Position numbers and translations under genes: made by a program. Shown here one piece after another: positions 7,418-17,646 of a stretch of DNA of 64,000 nt (position 1 is its first letter; the number at the start of each line of letters is the position of its first letter). Source of the DNA: a virus. Lineage: Duplodnaviria > Caudoviricetes. The DNA lies in the IMG/VR virus record IMGVR_UViG_3300012933_000253, positions 4,187-68,186 of that record. The stretch is one strand, 5' to 3'. The notes below the pieces were generated by a model. That model did no database searches and was not told the origin of the DNA. It saw nothing but the letters and a program-made list of their open reading frames with translations.

Positions 7418-9415
7418 ATGAACTCAAATGAAATGAAAAAGTTGATGGACATTGTCACAGGACGCACTAACCATCAAGCTATGATAGAAAACATTCAGGG
7501 AGCTGAATATAGACAATTGTACATGACATGGTACAACATGGGACCAGCTCTTACCGAATCAAAAATCTCACAAGAACAAATTGACGCTATCTTTAAAGCA
7601 GTTGCACAAGGTGCGATGAGTGGTAAGAACGTGGGTGCTGACGGTAGTGATAACGGTGGTAACAGAACGTTACTAGGAAAAACAGCAGATGTTGGTTCAA
7701 AAATCAATGCTGCTTGGGAAGACTTTAAAACTAAGATTGCACTCAGCGGACCAGTAAGTGGTTTTGATGTTGCGGTCGATAACATTCAACGTGATTTACT
7801 TAAAGCTGCCGGCGGAGACGACGGTAAGATTGGTAAAGCACTTAACGCTTACAAAGAGTTTGCACACAAGTATCCAAAGATGCAGGGCGCAATCTATGCA
7901 GGTTTCGTCATCTTAGCCGGTATCAGTGGCTGGGGACTAGGCGGCGCTGCAATTCTAGCAGGTATCAGAACACTAGACAGATTATTGCAAGGTGACCGTG
8001 CAAGTTCCGCTCTATGGAAAGGCTTCAAAACTGGCGCAATGGCTTACGGTGCAAGTCATCTAGCATCACAGCTAGGCGGAGATGCAGGCGGAGGAGGCTC
8101 AGATACTTCTGACTTCCCAAATCAGCCAAGCGAAGTTAACCAAGCACAAGACATTAATGATTTTGATCCTAATGCTGCATCATCTGCTGATGCAACTGAC
8201 AACGCCGCTAGTGACACAACTCCTAATTCAACTGATACTGCGTCCGATGCAGAACAAGATGCAGGTGAAGCTGATCCTAATGCAATGTCAAAGTACACAA
8301 TTCAACGCGGTGACCAAATTGGTTACATAGCTCAAGCTAACGGCGTATCAGTTGAAGATATCAGAGGATTGAATCCACAGATTGATTTCTCTAAGCCTAT
8401 TCAGCCTGGTATGGAGATTAATCTGCCACCAGGTGGTGATAACTCTGGTTCAGTTTGGAATAGTTATAACGGTGACACTTACGGTGATAAAGCAGCTAGT
8501 TCTGCTCAGTCTAGTGCCCCGACACAAGCTACCCCAACATCAAGCCCGCAACCAACTAACCCTGCACAAGGTGACAATTGGCAGAACTATGCTGATGCAG
8601 GACAGACTTCGACTGCTGCACCTTACGGCGCAAACATGAGCGATGAATACTTGAAGAAAGTACTTGATGCTAAAGAGAACGGTGTAAAAATGCGTTTCTT
8701 GATTAGCCCTGAGGATGCACAGAAAGCTCTTGACTGGAAGGCACAAAATGCGAATAAAGCGTTAGCAGAATCTTTCAACTCAGATAGAATCATTAGAACT
8801 TGGCAATTACAAGAAAGCATGAAGCTACCTGTACAGTCTAAGTTGTATATGACACCTGCTGGTGTAGAACGAATCTTTGCCGCAATCTCTCGCCAAGAGA
8901 TGATTAACGAAGGTATCTGGGATTCAATCAAAGATACTGCGAAAAAAGGCTGGGATTCAGCAACTAACAAAATCACATATGACAAGTTAAATCTATGGTG
9001 GAGAAAAAACTTTGGTGATAACGTCACTAAAGGAAATGCCGACACTAAAGATGTGATTGAGTTCTTGTTAGCGATGGGTGTGCGCAGACCATTAATTGAC
9101 CAAGTTTTCAATGATTTGAAGATTCCAACTGATGACTCAGTAACTCCTGATAGCATTGCTTCAGCCGGTCAATCTGGACAGGCAAACAGTGCTCAAGCAG
9201 GCTCATCTCAGGGAGGTATGTCTGGCGCAATGCAAGGTCAAGCAGGAACTAAGCCCGCACCATCTCAGATGGCTATGGAACTAAAAACACTATGGGATTC
9301 ATGGAGAGAAGCAGGAGCGTCTACTGGAGCACCCGCTGTTAAAGCACAGTTGAAAGACATGTGGATGAGTTCAGGTGGTACTAAAGTAGCTGAAAGTCGT
9401 AAGACTAGAAGATAA
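7418..9415 (+). CDS. LysM-domain protein with a hydrophobic segment; putative internal head/ejection protein
   Basis: Start moved to ATG 7418 (has SD; the track start lies inside the terminator). LysM motif YTIQRGDQIGYIAQANGVSVEDIRGLNPQI....IQPGMEINLP at ~8291-8428; hydrophobic stretch at ~7880-7966. Confidence 0.75.
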   Translation: MNSNEMKKLMDIVTGRTNHQAMIENIQGAEYRQLYMTWYNMGPALTESKISQEQIDAIFKAVAQGAMSGKNVGADGSDNGGNRTLLGKTADVGSKINAAWEDFKTKIALSGPVSGFDVAVDNIQRDLLKAAGGDDGKIGKALNAYKEFAHKYPKMQGAIYAGFVILAGISGWGLGGAAILAGIRTLDRLLQGDRASSALWKGFKTGAMAYGASHLASQLGGDAGGGGSDTSDFPNQPSEVNQAQDINDFDPNAASSADATDNAASDTTPNSTDTASDAEQDAGEADPNAMSKYTIQRGDQIGYIAQANGVSVEDIRGLNPQIDFSKPIQPGMEINLPPGGDNSGSVWNSYNGDTYGDKAASSAQSSAPTQATPTSSPQPTNPAQGDNWQNYADAGQTSTAAPYGANMSDEYLKKVLDAKENGVKMRFLISPEDAQKALDWKAQNANKALAESFNSDRIIRTWQLQESMKLPVQSKLYMTPAGVERIFAAISRQEMINEGIWDSIKDTAKKGWDSATNKITYDKLNLWWRKNFGDNVTKGNADTKDVIEFLLAMGVRRPLIDQVFNDLKIPTDDSVTPDSIASAGQSGQANSAQAGSSQGGMSGAMQGQAGTKPAPSQMAMELKTLWDSWREAGASTGAPAVKAQLKDMWMSSGGTKVAESRKTRR

Positions 9416-9418
9416 AAC

Positions 9419-9442
9419 AAGAGCACTTCGGTGCTCTTTTTT
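9419..9442 (+). terminator. Intrinsic terminator
   Basis: AAGAGCAC-TTCG-GTGCTCTT plus T tract. Confidence 0.9.
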
Positions 9443-9473
9443 ATGGCTGTCAAGTGCTATTATTGAATTATGA

Positions 9474-9496
9474 TAAATAATAGATACAGTTAAATA
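9474..9496 (+). promoter_or_regulatory. Tandem late promoter motifs (TAAATA at 9474 and 9491) heading the fibre cluster
   Basis: Two TAAATA copies between the terminator and ATG 9509. Confidence 0.55.
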
Positions 9497-9508
9497 TTTG
9501 GGACATAC

Positions 9509-10204
9509 ATGGCAGCAGATCCATTAAATTCGGTAGGTGGTTATAGCGTAAGCATCCCACCGGTGCAGGTGATTGACTTCACCGGCAACGTTACCACGCA
9601 ACACATTGCAGTAACTAACATAGACGTTAGTGCTAACATTAGTGTCGCTGGTACTTGCATTGCACAGAATTTTGTAGGTGATTTGGTTGGTAATGTATCA
9701 TCAGGTGGCATCATTGCTCCTGGATATAACTCTCATGTATTATACAATGATAACGGTAGAATCAACGGAACAGGTCTATTGACGATTGACACTGCAATTT
9801 CTAAAGTTACTGTCTCAGGTGAACTAACAGCAAATACAATAACTATAGGTTCTTCTGAAGAAAATCAATTCTGTACAACTAGTGTGTTACTTGCGACTAC
9901 GGTCTCAGACGCACCAAATCAAAATCTACATAGAACATTAGCAGACTCTATCTGCTCAATAGACTATACCATCATCGCTTCAGACACTATTGCAAATACA
10001 AGACAAACGAGTAAACTCTTTGCAGGCGTCTTAGGTAATGAAGTTGGCTATTTCGAATATGGTACAATTGATGTACCGCAGTCTAGTCCAGGTGTAGGTG
10101 ATTTTAAAGTTGTATATGATTCAGGTAACGTAGTGTTGACAGTGAACCCAATACCAAACCGTTTGGTCAACTACAAGATAATGATAACTAGCTATAAAGC
10201 ATAA
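9509..10204 (+). CDS. Virion structural/tail-fibre-associated protein (core fibre family 1)
   Basis: N-terminal LNSVGGYSV motif shared with the next genes; C-terminal beta-rich domain shared with 10216, 12809 and 14804. Confidence 0.7.
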   Translation: MAADPLNSVGGYSVSIPPVQVIDFTGNVTTQHIAVTNIDVSANISVAGTCIAQNFVGDLVGNVSSGGIIAPGYNSHVLYNDNGRINGTGLLTIDTAISKVTVSGELTANTITIGSSEENQFCTTSVLLATTVSDAPNQNLHRTLADSICSIDYTIIASDTIANTRQTSKLFAGVLGNEVGYFEYGTIDVPQSSPGVGDFKVVYDSGNVVLTVNPIPNRLVNYKIMITSYKA

Positions 10205-10215
10205 GGAAAACAGAA

Positions 10216-12792
10216 ATGGCAATTAGAACATTTAACTCAGTCGGTGGTTTCTCGGTAGGTGAAAATCCCGCGAATATTATTTTAGCAAACGGTGATATTA
10301 CTACTAGTAACGTAACGCTTACCGGTAACTTAGCTGCCGCTAATGTTAAAACTGACCATTTGCTATATGCAAACGGTGATCCGTGGGACATGCAAGAAGC
10401 AGCTGGTTCTAATACGCAGATCCAGTTTAACATGGGTGATAACTTTGCTGCTAGTGCAAACTTAACGTTTGTCGAAGCAGCAGGTAGTGATCCTGCAGAG
10501 TTCACTGTTTTAGGTAACACTGTAACTGGTAATCTTCGTGTCGAACAAGATGTAACGGTTGTCGGTGGCATTACTGCTGATAACTTTAATGGTCAGTTCA
10601 ATGGTACATTCAGTGGTACAGTTGAAATTTCAGGTACAGAGACCGGTATTGTTTATATCGATAACGGTGCTGCTACTTCCGATGCTAACCTAATTTACAA
10701 TAAGAACAATGGTAACATTGACTTAACTGGTAATATTAACGTTACCCACAAAGTTATAGCTAACACCGTAACTGCAAACTCGTACTTCACTGGTGTATTT
10801 GGTGAGACTTCTAATTCTCAGCCCAATATCCATACTCTTGGTAACTTGACGAATGTTGTAGTTGATGGTAATGCTAACGTAAACCACTTAGCGGCTTCTG
10901 GTAATGTAAAGTTCACTGACTCTCAATTTGCTAACAAGGCGTTACCATTCTTTGATGGATTCAATCGTGTAGTTGCAAACGTTGTTCAATTGTCTTATGA
11001 CAGTAGTACTAAGATTTTGCACACACAGAAGATTGAAGCAAATACTCACATCTTCTCTGATGGTCAGAACAAAGAAATTCCTTTCTTAGACGGCGATAAG
11101 ATTGCTGTAACCGACAGCGACTTCACATACGATAGTGCGGATGGTACCTTATATACAACACGTGCAGTTGCTACTGGATTAGTAAGTGCAGGAGATTTTT
11201 ATACTGCGGGTAATGTCGAAGCTGAAACTGACTTAACAGTTGGCGGCGAAGCAGTCATTACTGGTAACGCTAATGTTACTTCTAACTTTAATCTAACAGG
11301 TCATGCCGAGATTACTAGTTATGCAAATATTCAAGCTAACGCAAGTATCGGTACAACATTAACAGTTGGTGCAAATGCTAACGTTGGCGCAAACTTAAAT
11401 GTAACAACTAATGCAATCATTGGAGGCTATGCTAACGTCACTGGTAACGTTAACGCTGGTAATTTAAATACTGATGGTTATGCTAACGTAGCTCACTTGA
11501 AAGTAAGAACAGATGTTGACTCACATTTAATCCCTTCAGGACTTCTATATGATTTAGGTTCATCAACTAAGCCTTGGAGAGATTTGTGGTTATCAGGTAG
11601 TTCATTACATATTGGTTCAGTAACTGTTACTGATACCTCAGGAAACTTGACAACTGCTAATGGTTATTATTCTGATATGCTTACGACTGAGCACTTCAAG
11701 GTTAACCAAGAAGCTACTGTTGACGGTGACTTGTTAGTTGGTGGTAATTTAACGGTTGGTGGAACTACAACTTACATCAACGTATCAAGTGTCGCAATCA
11801 AAGATCCTTTGATGATTTTAGGTGGCACTGATGACGGTGGTAACTTAACTGTATCGGATTCTAAGGATCGTGGTTTCTATCTAAAGAACTATATTACTGG
11901 GACTGGGGTATTCAACCAGTTTATGGGTTGGAAGACTAGTGATAGTGAATTCCAATTCTTAGAAGATGTTTCTGAAAGCGGTGATGTAGTCAGTGGTACT
12001 TTCGCAAACATTCGTGTGCAAACTGCTTATGCTGATTTGTTCAATGGTGTATTTGACACAGCATCAAACGCACAACCTAACATCACTAGCCTAGGTACAT
12101 TGACCGGCTTAGATATTAACGGTGATTTAGATGTTACTCAAACGTTGACTGTCGGTACGTTAGTTGCAAGTGGTATGGCATTCCCAACCACTGACGGTGA
12201 TAATCGTCAAGTATTGAGTACGGATGGTGATAATGGGTTGTATTGGGCTACCATCGACACATACAAAGCAGCTAATGGTACAAGTAATGTAACTGTTAAC
12301 GGTCCCGGACCTGATTCTCCTACTGGCACCGGTGGCAACGTAACAATTAGTGTAGCTGGTACATCAAACGTAGTAGTCGTGTCTGATGAAGGCGTAGAAG
12401 TTGATGGAAACTTAACCATCACTGGTAGTTTAGATGTAGGTGCGGTATCTATGTCCGGTGTCACATTAGGTGACACAGAAATCAAAGCAGCTACTACGAC
12501 TACACAGAATACAACATTGCAAACAATTGCAACAGTTGCATTAGGTTCATCAATTCGAGGCGTGTTCTTTGATGTTAAGGGTGAATGTGCATCAGAAACT
12601 AAGTACACCGTAGCGTCAATCACTGCGATGCATGACGGTACAAGTTCTGATTATGCTATTCACGGACTACTTCATATGGGCGGATCGGCTGGAAGCTTCC
12701 AAGTTGTTAAGAGCGGATCTAACATGGAATTGAAAGTAACACCTGCACACGGCGCTGATACAGTTTGGACGACACAATATAGAACCATCTAA
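10216..12792 (+). CDS. Tail fibre protein (core fibre family 2)
   Basis: FNSVGGFSVG N-terminus; beta-spiral-like T/G/N/V repeats; QPNITSLGTL, GSNTQIQFN and YDLG..KPWRDLWLSG motifs. Confidence 0.8.
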   Translation: MAIRTFNSVGGFSVGENPANIILANGDITTSNVTLTGNLAAANVKTDHLLYANGDPWDMQEAAGSNTQIQFNMGDNFAASANLTFVEAAGSDPAEFTVLGNTVTGNLRVEQDVTVVGGITADNFNGQFNGTFSGTVEISGTETGIVYIDNGAATSDANLIYNKNNGNIDLTGNINVTHKVIANTVTANSYFTGVFGETSNSQPNIHTLGNLTNVVVDGNANVNHLAASGNVKFTDSQFANKALPFFDGFNRVVANVVQLSYDSSTKILHTQKIEANTHIFSDGQNKEIPFLDGDKIAVTDSDFTYDSADGTLYTTRAVATGLVSAGDFYTAGNVEAETDLTVGGEAVITGNANVTSNFNLTGHAEITSYANIQANASIGTTLTVGANANVGANLNVTTNAIIGGYANVTGNVNAGNLNTDGYANVAHLKVRTDVDSHLIPSGLLYDLGSSTKPWRDLWLSGSSLHIGSVTVTDTSGNLTTANGYYSDMLTTEHFKVNQEATVDGDLLVGGNLTVGGTTTYINVSSVAIKDPLMILGGTDDGGNLTVSDSKDRGFYLKNYITGTGVFNQFMGWKTSDSEFQFLEDVSESGDVVSGTFANIRVQTAYADLFNGVFDTASNAQPNITSLGTLTGLDINGDLDVTQTLTVGTLVASGMAFPTTDGDNRQVLSTDGDNGLYWATIDTYKAANGTSNVTVNGPGPDSPTGTGGNVTISVAGTSNVVVVSDEGVEVDGNLTITGSLDVGAVSMSGVTLGDTEIKAATTTTQNTTLQTIATVALGSSIRGVFFDVKGECASETKYTVASITAMHDGTSSDYAIHGLLHMGGSAGSFQVVKSGSNMELKVTPAHGADTVWTTQYRTI

Positions 12793-12795
12793 ATA
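12790..12795 (+). promoter_or_regulatory. Late promoter motif (TAAATA) overlapping the upstream stop codon
   Basis: cTAAATA uses the TAA of the 10216 gene; 13 nt to ATG 12809. Confidence 0.5.
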
Positions 12796-12808
12796 CTACT
12801 GAGACTAT

Positions 12809-14788
12809 ATGCCAATTAAGAAATTTAATGCGGTCGCAGGTATCTCAGTAGGTGATGATGTCATCTTTGAGGTTATTGATGACACCGCAAACGTAACCGC
12901 AAATAATTTAACAGTAACCGCTACCACTGCCTTAGGCGATTTAGCAAATGTTAAAATCGATGGTGGTTCTACTGGATATGTTATCAGAACAGATGGTCTG
13001 GGTAATCTATCTTGGGAGAACCCCGCAGATGTAGGTGTTGTAGGTAACGACACCGAGATTCAATTCAACGACGGTGGTCTATTCGGCGCTGTTCCCGAAT
13101 TCACGTTCAACAAAACGTCCAACACATTAACAGTTACTGGTAACATATCAGTAACCGACAATATATTACGTGACGATAAAAACGTCACTACCTTCTTTTC
13201 AGGCACTTCTTCACCAAGTAACCCTAAACCAGGTGACCAATGGTATAATACTAACAACGATGTAATCTATCAATATATCTATGATGGCTCTGCTTATGCT
13301 TGGATAGACTCAAGTAGCGGGTTCATCTCAGCGTCAATAGAAGCAGTAGAAAACACTATCGTAGTACGAGATGCAAACGCTAGTATATTCGGTAATGTTG
13401 TAGTAGGTAACTTATTTACCGGAACATTGACAACTAATTCACAGCCCAACATCACCAGTGTGGGCGCATTAACTGGTCTACAGTTAACCGGAGACCTAAC
13501 ACCTACTGCAAACGTAACATACGATTTAGGTAACACTACACACCGCTTCAAAGACTTATGGTTGTCTGGTCAAACTATTCAAATGGATGGGGCAACAATC
13601 GAAGTATCAAATGATACTATTGTTTTGACTAACCCAGCAGGCGGTCAGTTCATTGTTGACGGTTCAACTACACAATTTTCATCAGTAGCTTCAACTGTAT
13701 CTACTAATGCTCAACCAAACATTACAAGTGTTGGTACTCTATTAGAACTATCAATTGACGGTGGCGACTTAACTATCGCAAATGCAAACTTACACATTAC
13801 TACTGCTAGTAAAGGTATTTTTGTAGATAACTTGTATCACATTGACGGCTCACCTTGGGATTTCCAACAGCCTTCAGGCACTGATACAGAGATTGTATTC
13901 AACGATGGTGGCGACTTTGGTGGCTCTGCTGACTTTACATTCGACAAGACTTCAAATACATTAACTGTAGGCAACAACATTTCTAATACCACTTTAAGTG
14001 GTGGCGATATCGATACTTCAGGTGATATCTCTGGTAATAATTTAAGCATCACCTCACTGATTCAGTCAGAAGATGGTTTCTTCTCCGGTAACATTGACGT
14101 GTCGGGCAACATTAGTGCCTCATTAGGTACTGTAACAGCCAACAAGGGTGTTTTTTATGATGACACTAGTGTAACAGGCGGCAATCTATCATTGACTGGT
14201 GGTGGGCATTTTGAGATAAACGGATCAACCATCGACTTGGTAAACAACCAAGCGGGTGTATTCAACACGGGTATTACTGATATCAACATTGGTCTAGGTG
14301 CGAATGTTAACCTAAGTGCTACTGGTCTATTAACAACAGTTAACGGTCACCTAAAGACTAACGGAAACTTAGAGGTTACTGGTAATTTATCAGCCGGAAA
14401 CATACAATTAACTGGGTCAAATGTAGCCAATTCTACAGTAACAAACACACTAACTGTCAACAACCTAAAAGTATCTAACATACTTAGTAACAGAGCTAAG
14501 ATTACAGTAACGTCAGATACAGTGATTGACTCGTTCCCAATAAATAGGTACAGGTCAGCTAAATATACTATAAGGGTTGCGAGTGACGATGGTTACCAAG
14601 CGATTGAAGTATTGTTAGTACATGATGATGTAGAGGCATTTGTGACAATATATGGAAGTTTAAGTACTTCTGGATCAGATATGGTATTCTTGACAGCTAA
14701 CTTAGTTGGAACTACGGTTTCATTGTTAGCTACAGCCACAACAACTAATACAAACGTGAATATGATTGCTTCATATGTCACAGATTGA
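12809..14788 (+). CDS. Tail fibre protein (core fibre family 3)
   Basis: FNAVAGISVG N-terminus; QPNITSVG repeats; PGDQWYN motif; C-terminal IDSFP..RYRSAKY domain. Confidence 0.8.
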   Translation: MPIKKFNAVAGISVGDDVIFEVIDDTANVTANNLTVTATTALGDLANVKIDGGSTGYVIRTDGLGNLSWENPADVGVVGNDTEIQFNDGGLFGAVPEFTFNKTSNTLTVTGNISVTDNILRDDKNVTTFFSGTSSPSNPKPGDQWYNTNNDVIYQYIYDGSAYAWIDSSSGFISASIEAVENTIVVRDANASIFGNVVVGNLFTGTLTTNSQPNITSVGALTGLQLTGDLTPTANVTYDLGNTTHRFKDLWLSGQTIQMDGATIEVSNDTIVLTNPAGGQFIVDGSTTQFSSVASTVSTNAQPNITSVGTLLELSIDGGDLTIANANLHITTASKGIFVDNLYHIDGSPWDFQQPSGTDTEIVFNDGGDFGGSADFTFDKTSNTLTVGNNISNTTLSGGDIDTSGDISGNNLSITSLIQSEDGFFSGNIDVSGNISASLGTVTANKGVFYDDTSVTGGNLSLTGGGHFEINGSTIDLVNNQAGVFNTGITDINIGLGANVNLSATGLLTTVNGHLKTNGNLEVTGNLSAGNIQLTGSNVANSTVTNTLTVNNLKVSNILSNRAKITVTSDTVIDSFPINRYRSAKYTIRVASDDGYQAIEVLLVHDDVEAFVTIYGSLSTSGSDMVFLTANLVGTTVSLLATATTTNTNVNMIASYVTD

Positions 14789-14803
14789 AGCTAGGAAACA
14801 GAG

Positions 14804-17602
14804 ATGACAACAAAATATTTTAACGTTAAGCATGGTATACAGACGGGTGATATCATCCTTGATGCAGGCACCGGTAATGCTAACGTAACCAACGCTAATT
14901 TAGGTAACTTAGCAGTTGCTAACTTCTTCCAAGGTGATGGTTACAGACTCGCAAACTTAACTGGTGCTAACGTTACTGGTTTTGTGCCAAACGCAGTTCA
15001 CGCAAACACTGCAAACACCGTCACTACTGCGGCTCAACCTAACATCACAAGTGTTGGCACATTAGTAAGTGCAAACGTTTCAGGTAACTTAGTTGCTGCA
15101 AACGTAAAAGCTAATACAATGTTGTCAACTAGTGACTTAACTATCACTGGTAAAATCACTGGCGACTTAATCCCAAGCGCAAACTTAGGCTACGATATTG
15201 GTAGCTCTACGTTTCTATGGAAAGACTTGTGGTTATCTGGCTCCACAATCCACTTAGGCGCTGCTACAATTACTGCAACATCATCTGGTACTGTTGTTAC
15301 GTCAGGTGATAGTAATGTATCAGGTAACTTAAATGTAACCGGTGACAGTACTCTAGGTAATTTAGCAACTGCGAATTATTTCTCTGGTGTATTTGATGGA
15401 TTGTCAAATGCTCAGCCAAATATCACTAGTGTTGGTACACTAGTAAACGTAACTGTCACTGGAAATGCTGCTGTCGGTGGAATTAAGACAGACAATTACT
15501 ACTATGCAAACGGTAGTCCAGTCGACTTCCAACAAACTGCTGGTTCAACCGGTGCATTACAATATAACAATAACGGCGACTTTGGCGCAAGCGCAAATCT
15601 AACATGGAACAACAGTACTAGCGTATTAACAGTTGACGGTACAGTAAGTACTACTGCGCTTGAAGCAACAACCGTTCAAGGTAGTTTAACTACTGCATCT
15701 CAGCCAAACATTACTAGTGTTGGTACACTAAGTTCATTGGTTGTTTCTGCAAATGCAAACGTCGGCAATATCAATTCAAGTGGTGTCGGGTACATTGCTG
15801 GTAATTTAGATGCAGGCAACGTCAACACAGGCGGCGTATTGAAGACAACCAGCACCACTAATGCTTCTGGTACCGGAACTGGTGCATTGATTGTTGCAGG
15901 CGGCGCAAGTATCAGTAAAGACTTATATGTTGCTGGTAACTTATATGTACCAAACATTGTTTCTACATCAAGTGTTACACTTACTGTAGAAGATCCTTTA
16001 TTATATCTATCTGCTAATACAACATTCCCGTATGATTACGATATTGGTTTCTATTCTGCATTCTCAACTGGTGCAAGCAACGTTGGTTATCAACATACCG
16101 GTCTTTTCAGAAATCACGCAGACGGTGCGTGGTACTTAGTAAGTAATGTTGACGAGCCTACAGGTGGTATTGCTGACTTATCTAATGCAAACGTAGTATT
16201 TGACGCATTCAAAACCGGTGATATCGATGTCTCCGGTACTGTCACAATCACAGTAGATGCAAATGTTACTGGTAACGTCACTGCAAGTAATGCTAATTTA
16301 GGTAATGCTGTCACTGCTAATTACTTCATTGGTTCTGGTGCAAACTTAACAAGTATTCCGGGTGCAAACGTAACTGGCACAGTAGCCAATGCGACATTAG
16401 CTGGACATGTTACTGAAGCTGCCCAATCTAACATCACAAGTGTCGGTACTCTAACTGGATTAGACGTTAACGGTACAGTTACTGCCAAAGATTTCACAGC
16501 AAACACCGGTGTATTTACTGGTAACGGTTCAGGCTTATCAGCAATCGCTGGTGCAAACGTAACTGGAACTGTTGCAAATGCTAACATGGCTGCATATGCT
16601 GGCAACATCACCCTTGCTGCTCAGTCAAACATCACAAGTGTTGGCACCCTAACTTCATTAACTGTATCAGGTAATGCTAACGTAGGAAATCTTGATGGTG
16701 GTAACTTAGTAAAAGCTAACTACATCGAAGGTACATTAACTACTGCGTCACAACCAAACATCACTGGTGTCGGTACACTAGGTAACTTATCAGTAACAAG
16801 CAATGTTGATGTTTCCGGTAACATTAATGTTGGTGGCTCTAACGTTGTAATTAGCTCTGACGGTTCTATCACAGCTACATCATTTACTGGTGCATTCAAT
16901 GGTACTATTTCAGGTACATATGGTGCTCCTGGTGCAAACACACAAATGTTATTCAATGATGGTGGCGATATTGGCGCAAGCTCAAAGATAACATTTGATA
17001 AAGATTCGAACGTTTTTGCAGTAACAGGCAACATCACTGCAAGTAATGCAAATCTAGGTAATGCTGTTACTGCTAACTTCTTTATTGGTGACGGTTACAA
17101 GTTAGGAAACATTACTGGTGCAAACGTAACTGGTTATGTAGCAAACGCAGATTGGGCAAATACTGCTACTGCCGCTACTACAGCAGGTACTGTAACTACT
17201 AACGCACAACCAAATATCACGAGTGTAGGTACGCTTACATCTCTAGTTGTATCAGGTGAAACAACTACTGGAACATTGAAAGTTACCGGTGGCTTCACTT
17301 CTGACAGAAGCCCTATCACAGTTAACGGTAATACTGTTATCGACCAATTCCCGACAGGGTCTTATAGGACTGCTAAATATGTTGTATCTGCTGATGCAGA
17401 TGATGGTTATCAGAGTGTTGAAGCTCTGTTGGTTCACAATGATGTTGGGTCATATATTACAATCTACGGAAGTATCACAAGTGGTGCGATAGATGTAATT
17501 GACTTAACAACGGCCGTTGATGGTGTCTCAGGTAATGTAACGCTTTATGCAAGCAACGCAAGCCCTAATGCTCATGTTAACTTAGTTGCAACATATGTGT
17601 AA
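14804..17602 (+). CDS. Long tail fibre protein (core fibre family 4)
   Basis: YFNVKHGI N-terminus; seven (A/S)Q(P/S)NIT(S/G)VGTL repeats; C-terminal IDQFP.GSYRTAKY domain. Confidence 0.82.
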   Translation: MTTKYFNVKHGIQTGDIILDAGTGNANVTNANLGNLAVANFFQGDGYRLANLTGANVTGFVPNAVHANTANTVTTAAQPNITSVGTLVSANVSGNLVAANVKANTMLSTSDLTITGKITGDLIPSANLGYDIGSSTFLWKDLWLSGSTIHLGAATITATSSGTVVTSGDSNVSGNLNVTGDSTLGNLATANYFSGVFDGLSNAQPNITSVGTLVNVTVTGNAAVGGIKTDNYYYANGSPVDFQQTAGSTGALQYNNNGDFGASANLTWNNSTSVLTVDGTVSTTALEATTVQGSLTTASQPNITSVGTLSSLVVSANANVGNINSSGVGYIAGNLDAGNVNTGGVLKTTSTTNASGTGTGALIVAGGASISKDLYVAGNLYVPNIVSTSSVTLTVEDPLLYLSANTTFPYDYDIGFYSAFSTGASNVGYQHTGLFRNHADGAWYLVSNVDEPTGGIADLSNANVVFDAFKTGDIDVSGTVTITVDANVTGNVTASNANLGNAVTANYFIGSGANLTSIPGANVTGTVANATLAGHVTEAAQSNITSVGTLTGLDVNGTVTAKDFTANTGVFTGNGSGLSAIAGANVTGTVANANMAAYAGNITLAAQSNITSVGTLTSLTVSGNANVGNLDGGNLVKANYIEGTLTTASQPNITGVGTLGNLSVTSNVDVSGNINVGGSNVVISSDGSITATSFTGAFNGTISGTYGAPGANTQMLFNDGGDIGASSKITFDKDSNVFAVTGNITASNANLGNAVTANFFIGDGYKLGNITGANVTGYVANADWANTATAATTAGTVTTNAQPNITSVGTLTSLVVSGETTTGTLKVTGGFTSDRSPITVNGNTVIDQFPTGSYRTAKYVVSADADDGYQSVEALLVHNDVGSYITIYGSITSGAIDVIDLTTAVDGVSGNVTLYASNASPNAHVNLVATYV

Positions 17603-17646
17603 GTGATTTTTTGACAATTTAAATTGTTCATAGGGAATATGGAACT

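Noticed and set aside
17611-17640. Host sigma70 promoter from TTGACA
   Set aside because: No acceptable -10 hexamer at 16-18 nt spacing.
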